A stretch of DNA of 33,190 bases, from positions 1 through 33,190 of IMG/VR virus record IMGVR_UViG_3300048577_000421; one strand, written 5' to 3'. A program made the position numbers and the translations under genes. Positions within the stretch are counted from its first letter, which is position 1, and each line of letters starts with the position of its first letter. Shown here piece by piece: positions 23,703 through 32,670 of this stretch. The DNA comes from a virus (taxonomy: Duplodnaviria; Caudoviricetes). The notes beneath the pieces are model-generated. The model was given only the letters and a program-made list of their open reading frames with translations, searched no databases and was not told where the DNA came from.

Positions 23703-24755
23703 TTAAACGGTTTCGGTATCAAAGTAAATTTTGTAAAAGGACATCTTCTTTTCGGAGTCGTAGCCTTTTTCCATTAACTCACGGTTCCCATGCATGTAGA
23801 TGTGGAAGTTCTTATCCAACTTTATTAAACTCTTAAACTGCTTGGCCATGCCTTTGACAACTCCAGAGGAGATGGTAAACTCATCGTCTACCTTAACTTG
23901 GTAAAGGGTCGAGTACTTGTCCTTGTAGTCCTTAAAGGCTTCAACAATTTCAGGTTGCGCCAGCACCTTTGCCTCAAAATCGCCAGCGTTAAACACCTCG
24001 TTTTCCTTAAAGTATTGCGCGGTGCGATTGAGCATGTCCACCCGATCTGCTGGATCTACATCGTTATCCTCGTTGAATACCTCCTTTACGAACTGCTTGC
24101 AGACATCCAAGTAGGTGCGGGTCTTGTAGTAACTATCCTCACGCGGCTTCACCTGCAGGAAGGCCTCCTTCCAGTAGACCGCATCGCCGTTCCTTGTGGT
24201 GTTATCCACCACGCATATCTTATAACCAGCCTCACGTTCAGTATTGAAAATAAGGCACCCTTTATCCAGATTGAAGGGGTTAATTCCCCTTTCTGTCACC
24301 ACATATCTTTCACCATTTAAGTTTTTTACGCTTAAGAATGGCTGGTTACTTTCCGATTTGAAAATTCCTACGGCATCGCATACCTCGCCTTCTACAATCA
24401 CATCGTTAAGGAGTACCACGTACAGTTCGCCTCCCGAAATTTTAGGATGGAGCGATGCCTCGTATAGCTGCTTTGCGATTAACTCGCTGGCAGCTACAAA
24501 ATCATCCTCCCTGTCGAATATGGCAGAAGACTCCCTATAAATAGCATTCATTTCTAACGAAGAGGCATGGCTGAAGTTGAAAAATACATCACCCCTAAAT
24601 GGAGCAAAGAAGTAGCGCTTAAGTACATTTGTGGTAAAATCATCGTCAATAGGTTCTACGGTTCGGGTTGAAAGTTCTAAACCTTCGTCTCTTAGCTTAT
24701 TTCCTACTCGATGAACGATAAATTTTCTAATAGATGCTTCCGTAAACTCAATCAT
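23703..24755 (-). CDS. Nucleoid-associated protein, YejK/NdpA (NA-37)-like
   Basis: 350 aa; IVHRVGNK, HPKISGGELYVV, GIFKSE, LDKGCLIFN and YWKEAFL motifs. Confidence 0.8.
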   Translation of the reverse strand: MIEFTEASIRKFIVHRVGNKLRDEGLELSTRTVEPIDDDFTTNVLKRYFFAPFRGDVFFNFSHASSLEMNAIYRESSAIFDREDDFVAASELIAKQLYEASLHPKISGGELYVVLLNDVIVEGEVCDAVGIFKSESNQPFLSVKNLNGERYVVTERGINPFNLDKGCLIFNTEREAGYKICVVDNTTRNGDAVYWKEAFLQVKPREDSYYKTRTYLDVCKQFVKEVFNEDNDVDPADRVDMLNRTAQYFKENEVFNAGDFEAKVLAQPEIVEAFKDYKDKYSTLYQVKVDDEFTISSGVVKGMAKQFKSLIKLDKNFHIYMHGNRELMEKGYDSEKKMSFYKIYFDTETV

Positions 24756-24772
24756 ACTTTTAGTTTTAAGGG

Positions 24773-25042
24773 TTATAATTGATGTAATGGCCTATTCCGA
24801 TGAAGGCTTTCTATCATGGCTACAGCAACGGCGGCTACCTGAATAAGCTCTTTGCGGTAGTTGGCAAGTTGATCAACATCTCGGTAGTACTCTTTGAAAT
24901 GGTTCTCAAGAGCCTCCTTACTAACTTCGCCAACCTCTTCAGTTAATATTGCCACCCATTCTATGGGTTTGTGGTCTTGCTCACCCCATTTGGCATCCTG
25001 AGCTTTTCTTTCTCTTTTTATTTCTTCAAAGATTGATTCCAT
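24773..25042 (-). CDS. MazG-like NTP pyrophosphohydrolase
   Basis: LTEEVGEV...KELIQVAAVA ExxE/E pattern in an 89-aa helical protein. Confidence 0.75.
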   Translation of the reverse strand: MESIFEEIKRERKAQDAKWGEQDHKPIEWVAILTEEVGEVSKEALENHFKEYYRDVDQLANYRKELIQVAAVAVAMIESLHRNRPLHQL

Positions 25043-25045
25043 TTG

Positions 25046-25297
25046 TTAGCTTTTTTGTTCTAATACTTTGGGCTTATTTAAAAGTACCTTGTCCGGATTT
25101 TCTGCTTTGCTGATGATGCCTAAAAAGTCATTCTGAACGCGAATGCTTTCTATAATACAATCAGCAGCGTTGCATATCATCTTGGCATCCTCCAATTTTA
25201 TTTTTTCATTTTTATCTGCTTGTGGATCGCTGTTACTCTTTAGCCGTTCGATAACATCGAACAGGTGATTTCTTAGATCGTCAATGTTATTTTTCAT
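25046..25297 (-). CDS. Small hypothetical protein downstream of the HNH gene
   Basis: MKNNIDDLRNHLFDVIERL; ATG 25297 overlaps the end of the HNH gene. Confidence 0.65.
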   Translation of the reverse strand: MKNNIDDLRNHLFDVIERLKSNSDPQADKNEKIKLEDAKMICNAADCIIESIRVQNDFLGIISKAENPDKVLLNKPKVLEQKS

Positions 25298-25931
25298 CTC
25301 GCTTTTGTTGTTTGGTAATTCTTCGTTTAACGCTTGCAACCAATATTTTTACAGGCTGCAGTTCTGGAGGCACCATCTCGTAAAACGAGTTTCTTCGTCG
25401 GTTTTCCTTCATGGTTATCAGCTCAAGATTGTCGATGCTGCAGTTCATGGTGTCGCCATCCTTAAAGGTTACCACATGCTTGGGGGGAATTTCTCCGTGG
25501 GCCTGCTCCCAAATATGGCGGTGTAGCAAAACATACCGACCAAGGGCAATCCTAACATATTGGTAAACTCTTCCGGTTTTATCCTTTCTTGCCGATATGT
25601 GTCCATCGTACTTGGTATTCGTGGGCAGATTCCCACTTTTAAACCACGTGTGGGCAACCTTTTCTCTAAGTGATTCATCCATCTTTTTTCCCTTATTGGC
25701 AGGAGTGTGCCCTTTTCGAAAGGTTGTTGAGTTGCCCTTGTGTCCTTTAATCAGCCTCCCACATGCTGGGCTGCTCAGGTACTCCTTTGTTTTCTTCAGA
25801 TTTTTACTGTAGGCGTAGCTATAAATGCAGTGGATTGGACAATCAAGCGCCAGTGCTAACTGTGAGGTTGGGGTGTGTGAATATTCCCTCTCAATGCGCT
25901 CCTTTTCTTCAATAGTGAATCGATGCTTCAT
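25287..25931 (-). CDS. HNH endonuclease-family protein
   Basis: HRHIWEQAHG...V.FKDGD..N..IDNL...EN HNH_3 motif; FRKGHTPANKG repeat-like segment. Confidence 0.85.
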   Translation of the reverse strand: MKHRFTIEEKERIEREYSHTPTSQLALALDCPIHCIYSYAYSKNLKKTKEYLSSPACGRLIKGHKGNSTTFRKGHTPANKGKKMDESLREKVAHTWFKSGNLPTNTKYDGHISARKDKTGRVYQYVRIALGRYVLLHRHIWEQAHGEIPPKHVVTFKDGDTMNCSIDNLELITMKENRRRNSFYEMVPPELQPVKILVASVKRRITKQQKRDEK

Positions 25932-26662
25932 GCCAATACCTCCTCCAGCCTTACCGATTCCCCCGCTTTTATTTTTTCAGCAAGGGCAATCGCCTTTGTT
26001 TCGTCAGGTGTTCGGTTTGATTCGTTTTTCTTCTTAGCACCCCAAGCAAGGAAACAAACATGATTCACCATGAATTCCTTTGCGGCCTTTTCGTATCGTT
26101 GACGTTTCTTCTTTTCGTGATCGAGTAACACGTTTAATTCATCAACTTTGGCAACCGAATCATCCAGCGAAGAAGATAGGTATGCCCGTTGCTCTTCCAA
26201 ATCATCGAGCTTGCTGCTTGTTTCCGCTTTGATACGTTCTACCTCTTCAGCGTTACGCTGTGTTTCGGTTTTATCTACCACATGGTCGGTGTGGTTGATT
26301 AGGCCGAGGCTATACGTGATCAAACCCGTAAAAACAGCCATAAAAATCGACAGGCAGAAGCGAATGGGGTTGTCGGTACCGTTAGCTATTTCGTGGGCAA
26401 AAAGCAGGTTAAAACCGCAGAACATTAAAACGGCATCAAAAACAGGGAAAACAATCTTTACCCACTGCTTTTTACTCTTTCGCATAACCAGTATGGTAAC
26501 GGATGAAAAGGCCATCGCGCCAACTACGCTAAAGAGTTGGTCAACCAAACCCGCTTCTCCAGTCAGGTATAGCAGCGATTTGGTGTTGACGTAGGTTAGC
26601 TCCCCAAATACGAATAGGAGGGCAAAACCAACACCAAGTTTAGATATAACCTTGTCTACCAT
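25928..26662 (-). CDS. Multi-TM membrane protein with C-terminal coiled coil
   Basis: About four hydrophobic segments followed by a charged heptad region. Confidence 0.7.
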   Translation of the reverse strand: MVDKVISKLGVGFALLFVFGELTYVNTKSLLYLTGEAGLVDQLFSVVGAMAFSSVTILVMRKSKKQWVKIVFPVFDAVLMFCGFNLLFAHEIANGTDNPIRFCLSIFMAVFTGLITYSLGLINHTDHVVDKTETQRNAEEVERIKAETSSKLDDLEEQRAYLSSSLDDSVAKVDELNVLLDHEKKKRQRYEKAAKEFMVNHVCFLAWGAKKKNESNRTPDETKAIALAEKIKAGESVRLEEVLA

Positions 26663-26856
26663 TTCGAGAAGAGTTTGGGATGGCTGTCGTTTTCTTTTAC
26701 AGGCACGTGTTCCGGAAACATCCTAATTAGCGTATCATCTACCTCCTTTTCTGCCTTTTTTGCTGCAGCAAGGGTTAGCGCATTCCTAGTTCTGAAGTAT
26801 TCCTTTTGCAGCGACCGCATTTTCGCCACCTGCTCCTCAAATGTTTTATTTGCCAT
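26656..26856 (-). CDS. Hypothetical protein
   Basis: MANKTFEEQVAKMRSLQKEYF...; start moved to ATG 26856, coupled to the upstream stop. Confidence 0.6.
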   Translation of the reverse strand: MANKTFEEQVAKMRSLQKEYFRTRNALTLAAAKKAEKEVDDTLIRMFPEHVPVKENDSHPKLFSKW

Positions 26857-27001
26857 CGCTTCTTTGATTTTTAGTTTGGCAATACGCCTTGTAGCGTTTC
26901 CTGCGCTCCCGGTATTTTTCGGCATTACCTCCAGCAATAATGGTTACCAACCCAACTACGACATATGCGGCTAATGCTGCTTTTACTAGTTCTGGTATCA
27001 T
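26846..27001 (-). CDS. 51-aa single-TM membrane protein (not in ORF track)
   Basis: MIPELVKAALAAYVVVGLVTIIAGGNAEKYRERRKRYKAYCQTKNQRSDGK*; fills the gap and overlaps the next ATG. Confidence 0.65.
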   Translation of the reverse strand: MIPELVKAALAAYVVVGLVTIIAGGNAEKYRERRKRYKAYCQTKNQRSDGK

Positions 27002-27025
27002 TTTAAGTGGCGTTTAAATGGTTTT

Positions 27026-27283
27026 TCAATTGGGTTTAACTGGCTTTTTAAAGAATTCCAACCTCTTCGGCGTAAACTTTATCATATACCTCCCTGCACC
27101 TTTACAATGCCAGCATACAACATCTTCGTAGTCATCCATCCGATCGTTCATCTGGGTCACAAATCCAAATCCATTGCAATAGGAACATAGATTTACCTTA
27201 TATCCGTCAGCATCCAGCACATGTCTGGGCTTAGGTAGGGGCACAACATCTTGTGCCCCATTCAATATTTCAGGGTCTTCCAT
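27026..27283 (-). CDS. DnaJ-type CxxCxGxG zinc-finger protein
   Basis: CSYCNGFG and CWHCKGAG. Confidence 0.75.
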   Translation of the reverse strand: MEDPEILNGAQDVVPLPKPRHVLDADGYKVNLCSYCNGFGFVTQMNDRMDDYEDVVCWHCKGAGRYMIKFTPKRLEFFKKPVKPN

Positions 27284-27293
27284 AACAAAACCA

Positions 27294-27947
27294 TTAAATG
27301 TCCGTGTATTTAAGGGCTACCCTGCGGATTTTGCCATTTTCTTCAGCCACATCCACGTAGTAAAGGCGGTTGCCTGGCTCTGTTCTGATTGCCTTGTCAA
27401 AAAGGTCTACAGCCTCCACAAATAGTTCCCATCCGGGGATTTTGTTTCGTTCTGCAGTTGCCTTGTGCGAGCGAATTTCATTTACAGACGTCTGGTCGAG
27501 GTCTCCGCTGGCCTTAAAGAGGAGTGAGTTTACCATGTCGCGCAAAAAGGCAAACTTTTTGCTCTCTCTCTCGTCCTGGTCAAACACTCCAAAAAACTCC
27601 TCAAACTTGGCCTTCACAATGCCCACGTAAGTTTTGTCGAACACTAGCCTGCGGGTGGTTCTGATGTCAACGCCAACCGATTTATCGAATGCCGAAAAGG
27701 TGAGCGATTCTGGGGTAGGTAGGCGTTTGTAGTCCTTTACCTGTGCATCCTTCAGCTTAGCCTCGTAAACATCCTGCTGGGCATCATCCACCGCCTCATT
27801 CAGCTCCTTTAGGGCCTTTTCTGCCTTCAACGCGCGCTCTGCAATGCGCTGCGCATGCTTCTCTTCAACCTTAAGCACGGGGTTAATTGCCCATGTGTCG
27901 AGCTGCCTACCCGTTGCGTCTGTCCAAATCTTTCCTTTTTGCTTCAT
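27294..27947 (-). CDS. DUF3164-like Mu-type early protein
   Basis: W.DA.G start, LTFSAFD...DI, G.LD and W...VD...AI patterns; start set at ATG 27947. Confidence 0.6.
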   Translation of the reverse strand: MKQKGKIWTDATGRQLDTWAINPVLKVEEKHAQRIAERALKAEKALKELNEAVDDAQQDVYEAKLKDAQVKDYKRLPTPESLTFSAFDKSVGVDIRTTRRLVFDKTYVGIVKAKFEEFFGVFDQDERESKKFAFLRDMVNSLLFKASGDLDQTSVNEIRSHKATAERNKIPGWELFVEAVDLFDKAIRTEPGNRLYYVDVAEENGKIRRVALKYTDI

Positions 27948-28167
27948 ATTGCTGTTTTTTAAAGTTTTTCTCCTCCTCAAGCTCCTTCCGCATGGCGGCT
28001 AGGCGCTCCTGCATTTTTCTTGTATCCTCGGCGATGGCCTGATAGGTTCTCAGTAGTCTATTTTCAGTTTTGCCAAGCCACTCCATACGCCTACCTACCA
28101 GCTTCGCCAGCGCTAGTACATCCATTTCTAGCGCTTCCGTCGATGTCCTTTTATTGCTAACTATCAT
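27907..28167 (-). CDS. Hypothetical coiled-coil protein
   Basis: Co-oriented ORF overlapping its neighbours in the early operon. Confidence 0.6.
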   Translation of the reverse strand: MIVSNKRTSTEALEMDVLALAKLVGRRMEWLGKTENRLLRTYQAIAEDTRKMQERLAAMRKELEEEKNFKKQQYEAKRKDLDRRNG

Positions 28168-28411
28168 ACCTCAGCTGGGTGGTGGTGTAAACTGGTAGGT
28201 CGAACTTCGAGGTCGGCGGATCAAGCCGATCTTCGACTTGTGACACCTTTAGCTTAGCCCTTCTAAACTCGCGGAGGCAATCCTCCATTTCTGATGGCTT
28301 ACAGGCTAGCAGGCGCTTTTCGGCCTGCTTCAGCTCCCGGGCTGCTTTCCGCAATTTTTGCTGGTAAAGCTTCACGTTAAACTGCTTGGTTTCCTTTTCT
28401 TCTTTTTTCAT
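28157..28411 (-). CDS. Hypothetical basic protein
   Basis: Co-oriented, tightly packed ORF. Confidence 0.6.
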   Translation of the reverse strand: MKKEEKETKQFNVKLYQQKLRKAARELKQAEKRLLACKPSEMEDCLREFRRAKLKVSQVEDRLDPPTSKFDLPVYTTTQLRYDS

Positions 28412-28413
28412 AG

Positions 28414-28854
28414 CTAGTTGAGATAGGAGGATACCTCTACCTCCAAGTTGGTGAGGTTATCCACAAATTTTAAGTCCTTTTGCTTGTTGGTAAATGCGCT
28501 GTACAGCGAGCGTAGTCGCTCCAGCGGGATGTCATTAAAGGCCTTGGTTTCTGCAGCCCTGCAGGCAATAGCCTTAATTTGCCTGATGTCGTTATCCCTA
28601 CTCTGCTTGGTTAGCCAGCCTCCTATGGCAGCTATCAGGCGCTTGCGGTACTTGTCAAGCTCCTTTTTTTGAGGGTTTAGCTGGCATTCTAGGTTGTCGC
28701 ACAATTCTGCCAGCTGCTTCGAGGTTAAGTCTGCGCTGCTGGTCACCCCATAGTTGGATAGCAGCATATCGCGTTTAGCCTCCTTGTCAAATCCAAGCCT
28801 CCCCAACAGGGTGTGGAGGCGTTTTAGTAGGTATTTTTCGTGTACGGTTTGCAT
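28414..28854 (-). CDS. GemA/Mu gp16-like (DUF1018-like) protein
   Basis: LHTLL..LG.D.E..R.ML...G..SS.DLT..QL..L pattern; early-operon position. Confidence 0.65.
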   Translation of the reverse strand: MQTVHEKYLLKRLHTLLGRLGFDKEAKRDMLLSNYGVTSSADLTSKQLAELCDNLECQLNPQKKELDKYRKRLIAAIGGWLTKQSRDNDIRQIKAIACRAAETKAFNDIPLERLRSLYSAFTNKQKDLKFVDNLTNLEVEVSSYLN

Positions 28855-28875
28855 GGTTATGTTTTTTTGAATGGT

Positions 28876-29577
28876 TTAACTTGCTTGACCAACTTCACCC
28901 CAGTATAGCTCCGCGTTGCGTTCCTCTATGTCAACATGCCCCCCTTGGCTAAACCTGCTTACCACAAAGGCTCTTAAGCCAACTACGTTGATAATAACCT
29001 TGCTGAGTTTTCTCGCCATTTGCGCTACGGCAGGGTATGGCTTCTTCCGATCTTCGTGGGCAAGTAGTATTATCAGCTTATTGGGCAGCCTGTCGAGTAG
29101 GTCCTTCTTCAGGCGGCTGCTCTTAAGCTCATCGGCGTACATGGTGAGGTTGTCAATAATGATGATGTTGGGAGTCTTTGGCTTGCTAAACTTCTCGACG
29201 ATATCATCCACCGACAGGTACTCATCAAAAACTATCTTGTCCGATGCGGTTATGTTAGCCCTTAGGCATGCTTGCTTAAACGAGTCATCTACACCCTCCT
29301 CTGCTGATATGTAGGCTACCTTTTCCGATAGCGAGATATCCTTGGCAAGCTGAAGCGTAAACCACGTTTTGCCGTTTTTCTCTAGACCATAGATTAGCCA
29401 GTAACCTTTGGCTTCAGCCTCCCCAATTAGCTGGCGTAGTATCGGGTTTTGCAGCTTAACTGTCCGCCCTCTTTTCTTTTGTAGCACGTTGGCAGCCGTG
29501 AGGCTTCTTGGCTGCGTTCGCTTCTTTTCGGCACCCTTATCTGTTATATCCACCCCAACAGTCGCTAATTCTTCCAT
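28876..29577 (-). CDS. Second P-loop ATPase (RecA/KaiC-like)
   Basis: Walker A GLEKNGKT, YISAEEG and Walker B IIIIDN; start set at ATG 29577 just after the MuB-like stop. Confidence 0.75.
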   Translation of the reverse strand: MEELATVGVDITDKGAEKKRTQPRSLTAANVLQKKRGRTVKLQNPILRQLIGEAEAKGYWLIYGLEKNGKTWFTLQLAKDISLSEKVAYISAEEGVDDSFKQACLRANITASDKIVFDEYLSVDDIVEKFSKPKTPNIIIIDNLTMYADELKSSRLKKDLLDRLPNKLIILLAHEDRKKPYPAVAQMARKLSKVIINVVGLRAFVVSRFSQGGHVDIEERNAELYWGEVGQAS

Positions 29578-29579
29578 TT

Positions 29580-30482
29580 CTAAGCCTCCATATTTAGTAT
29601 CAGCAAACTTTCCGCGCGTCGTAAACCGCCTACGTACCCGCTTCCATCGGTTGTGAGGCACTTCTTAAGTATCATTGGGAGTTGGCTTTTATCCTGCATG
29701 TTCACCTCAAGAACGTCGGTTATAAGCTTTCTGTAAAACTGAAGCCTATCATGGTTTCCAGTTGGCACTACCGATGTATATCGTTCCGAGTATCGGCTAA
29801 AAAGTTCCCGGTAGCCCACTTTTCTTCCATTGATACCCCTTTCAATTTTCGCTCTTAGCCCATCTGCTCCAATTAGGTACCACCCGCAGGCGCCGTCGGT
29901 TCCGTTCCATAGCTCCTTTAGTTCCAAAAAGGCGGGGTAGTCTAGGTCGCCAGCCTCATCAACGATGATAATGGGATTTGGCAGCATCTTTATGTAGTAT
30001 TTGATGTTGGCCTTAACATCGGCAAATCGGCCAGTCGAATCTAGCCCAATACGCTGGGCAATAAGCCGAATGAATAGCTGCTTGGTTTTAGCCTGAGAGG
30101 CATCTACGTAAAAGCAATTTTTAAGCGATCTGGATAGGTACTGTGCCGTGTAGGTTTTCCCGATTCCGCAATCATCGACGCAAATACGTCCTTTAGCGTA
30201 CTCTTTACAGAAGAGCACGTCCTCCTCTATGGTCTTAAAAACTTCCGTTTTAGCTGTATTCCATCGGCGTTCCGACATGGTAACACCCAACTCACGGCCA
30301 AGGCTCAACCACTTTCCATCCTTAAGTATCTGTTCGGTTTCACCTGCCTTCATACGATTGAAAACAGACCCGTTTATGCCCCATTGACGGGCAAATGCAG
30401 CATCAGTACCATCGAAGTTCTTGCGAACCTCCAGTAGCGCTGTAATCACGCTATTTTTAAACTCATTGGTTAGCTGTAACAT
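29580..30482 (-). CDS. MuB-like transposition AAA+ ATPase
   Basis: N-terminal HTH, Walker A-like DCGIGKT, Walker B IIVDEA, arginine-finger-like LFSR; follows the transposase. Confidence 0.85.
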   Translation of the reverse strand: MLQLTNEFKNSVITALLEVRKNFDGTDAAFARQWGINGSVFNRMKAGETEQILKDGKWLSLGRELGVTMSERRWNTAKTEVFKTIEEDVLFCKEYAKGRICVDDCGIGKTYTAQYLSRSLKNCFYVDASQAKTKQLFIRLIAQRIGLDSTGRFADVKANIKYYIKMLPNPIIIVDEAGDLDYPAFLELKELWNGTDGACGWYLIGADGLRAKIERGINGRKVGYRELFSRYSERYTSVVPTGNHDRLQFYRKLITDVLEVNMQDKSQLPMILKKCLTTDGSGYVGGLRRAESLLILNMEA

Positions 30483-30499
30483 ATTGGTTGTTTTTTAAT

Positions 30500-32554
30500 T
30501 TAAAATCTGTCCTTTAATGAGCGGCTATACGATACCTCGCAGCGCTCGTTTTCAAACTCCTCCAGCGCTGGCAGCATTTCTGCTTTACGCTCAGCGGCTG
30601 GTAGCGGCATTGCTCTTAGCTCGCTAATCTGGAATTTGCGATTAGGCGTCACTGGCCTTTTATCCTCAATGTGTATTCGTTCAAGCTTCTTTTTTTGGCG
30701 GCTCATGTAGCCATCAATCGTGGCAGTGTAGCGGCTCATCAGCTCTAAAGCCTTTTTATCCGCATCTTTTTGCTCAATTCTTGCCCTGTTGTATCGGGGT
30801 TTAGGGTGCAGCTCGCAGATGTAGCGGTCACCATCGGCGAGGTAAACAAGCGCCTTCATTACCTTTCCGGCATTGTCATCCAGCCAGTAAACATCCAATT
30901 CTCGTCCTTCCACAATATCCATCAGATGTAGGAGCTTATCTCCCGTACAAATGCCCTCGGCATCGCCTATCAGGTACTCCTCGTACTGCAGGTTGGTGAT
31001 TCCAACGTGGCAGCTGGTGCGGGTTTTGTAGCCTAGCGATGGTAGTATGGCTCTCCAGTTGGTAGGCTGTACGTCCGGGTTTTGCGCCTCCAGAAATACC
31101 TCCCAGCGTGTTTTTCCCTTAATTTTGGAGTGGGGCATGTTGTTCCAAGTCTCGATGTCGTGAAGGCAACCATCAACTATCTTTTCATAGGGTATTTGGG
31201 GTGCTTGACCTGGACCTGCCTCGTTTGCTTCGCTAATGGCAAACGGACGAGCCAGCCATCCCTCTCGCTTCTTCTCCAGATCGTAGCGTAGCTGCCTATA
31301 GTAGGCCTCTATTCGCTTACCTCGTGCCTTGTTAGCCTCAATCCTGACATACTCAAACATGGCTCCCTCTCTCAAAAAGGTATTAAGGAAGCTGGAGTTT
31401 AAGCTCATTTCTCCCTCCAGCTCGGCGGGCATGCTTAACCCCCACATGGCATAATTTCTAACCAGCTGGCGGTAGAAGTCGATGATGATTCCTTCTTTGG
31501 TTTTGCCGTAAACCCAGCAGGTGAAGCATTCGCTACCAATATCGATAGCGTTATAGAACCATAGGCGTTTGCCCTTTGCATACTCAAACGGTGGTTGGCG
31601 GTCATCGATGGAGATTAAGCTACCCGCCATTTTGGGCTGATCCATCGAGGCGTATGGCTTAAATCGCTGCATAAGTTTCTGCCTATCTCCGCTACGTACC
31701 GCTTGCGTACCGATGGCATTGCGCCACTCTGCGATATAGTTGGTGATGGTTGCCGTGCTTAGCGATTTTATTGAATAGTCGGCAGGGTTATAAACCTCTG
31801 CTGTATGCTCATTGGTTAGCTCAATGTACCCCGAAAGAAAACCCTCGAACTGACGGGCGACTTCGGTTGCTGTAGGCTTATGCTCCTGCTTGGCGAAAAG
31901 GCAGTTAAGTAGCTGTTCTATATCTTCATCAACCTTCCTTGCACAATCGTTGCCCCATCCACCATGTATAAGCGCCTTGTAGCCGTTTTTCTTGTACTCG
32001 TTAAGCTTTTGCCTAAGCCGGGTTGGGTTAGAAGGTAAGGTATGCCCGAATTTCTCTCTCACACGGTTACATTCATCCACGGTAGCCTCCCATGCTGTTT
32101 TGGTAGAGCCTCGCAGGCTCTTGCGGTAGCCTACGCGTTCGGTATACACCTTGTTAAGCGTATTCAGCACCGAGGCGTTTACGGTGTACTCCTCAATGGC
32201 CTCGTCGGTAAGCGCCACCCCTGCTTTGGTTTCGCACGATGAGTAGAAAGCAAGCGCCCTAGCATCCCGTTCGTACTTCGACTCGAACAGCGGAACCCGT
32301 ACTTTTTCAGGTGGAGCTCCAAATTTCTTAACCAGCGCATCGCGCCATGCTTGCGGCAGGCTAGCCCACGTCACAAGCATGGGGAAGCCGGGAGACTGTG
32401 GACGCAGTTTACGTATCGCATTGTTTTGAATTCGATGGCGTAATCCTCGCTCTCCTATCAGCTGTAAACTATGCTCGCTGGCATTACGCCCCTCAAACAG
32501 GTAGCGGGCTTGCACGCCTAGTATATCGTTATGGTATTCGTATGGTGATTCCAT
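30500..32554 (-). CDS. MuA-like DDE transposase
   Basis: 684 aa; ISIDD, AID..S, P.ELE.E, N.ARGK.IE...L and WNNMPH patterns. Confidence 0.88.
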   Translation of the reverse strand: MESPYEYHNDILGVQARYLFEGRNASEHSLQLIGERGLRHRIQNNAIRKLRPQSPGFPMLVTWASLPQAWRDALVKKFGAPPEKVRVPLFESKYERDARALAFYSSCETKAGVALTDEAIEEYTVNASVLNTLNKVYTERVGYRKSLRGSTKTAWEATVDECNRVREKFGHTLPSNPTRLRQKLNEYKKNGYKALIHGGWGNDCARKVDEDIEQLLNCLFAKQEHKPTATEVARQFEGFLSGYIELTNEHTAEVYNPADYSIKSLSTATITNYIAEWRNAIGTQAVRSGDRQKLMQRFKPYASMDQPKMAGSLISIDDRQPPFEYAKGKRLWFYNAIDIGSECFTCWVYGKTKEGIIIDFYRQLVRNYAMWGLSMPAELEGEMSLNSSFLNTFLREGAMFEYVRIEANKARGKRIEAYYRQLRYDLEKKREGWLARPFAISEANEAGPGQAPQIPYEKIVDGCLHDIETWNNMPHSKIKGKTRWEVFLEAQNPDVQPTNWRAILPSLGYKTRTSCHVGITNLQYEEYLIGDAEGICTGDKLLHLMDIVEGRELDVYWLDDNAGKVMKALVYLADGDRYICELHPKPRYNRARIEQKDADKKALELMSRYTATIDGYMSRQKKKLERIHIEDKRPVTPNRKFQISELRAMPLPAAERKAEMLPALEEFENERCEVSYSRSLKDRF

Positions 32555-32575
32555 AAATCCCTTAATTCTTCAGTT

Positions 32576-32627
32576 TGCTCCCCTGCGGGTTCCGATGTGG
32601 CCGCTTACTCTGTTTTACCAGAGGGGA
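32576..32627 (-). other. Compact three-way-junction RNA-like element in the transposase leader
   Basis: Minus strand UCCCCU/AGGGGA closing stem enclosing CUG-GUAAAA-CAG and GCGG-N12-CCGC hairpins, then GCA. Confidence 0.4.
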
Positions 32628-32670
32628 TTTTTGCTACATTTAAAATTCTTACCCTTTAAAATGTAGAACT

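Noticed and set aside
25287-25931. HNH plus MTase as a restriction-modification pair
   Set aside because: They are about 24 kb apart in different operons, and the HNH resembles common free-standing phage HNH proteins.
32576-32627. A genuine tRNA gene
   Set aside because: Only about 52 nt, with no anticodon arm or canonical TTCGA T-loop.
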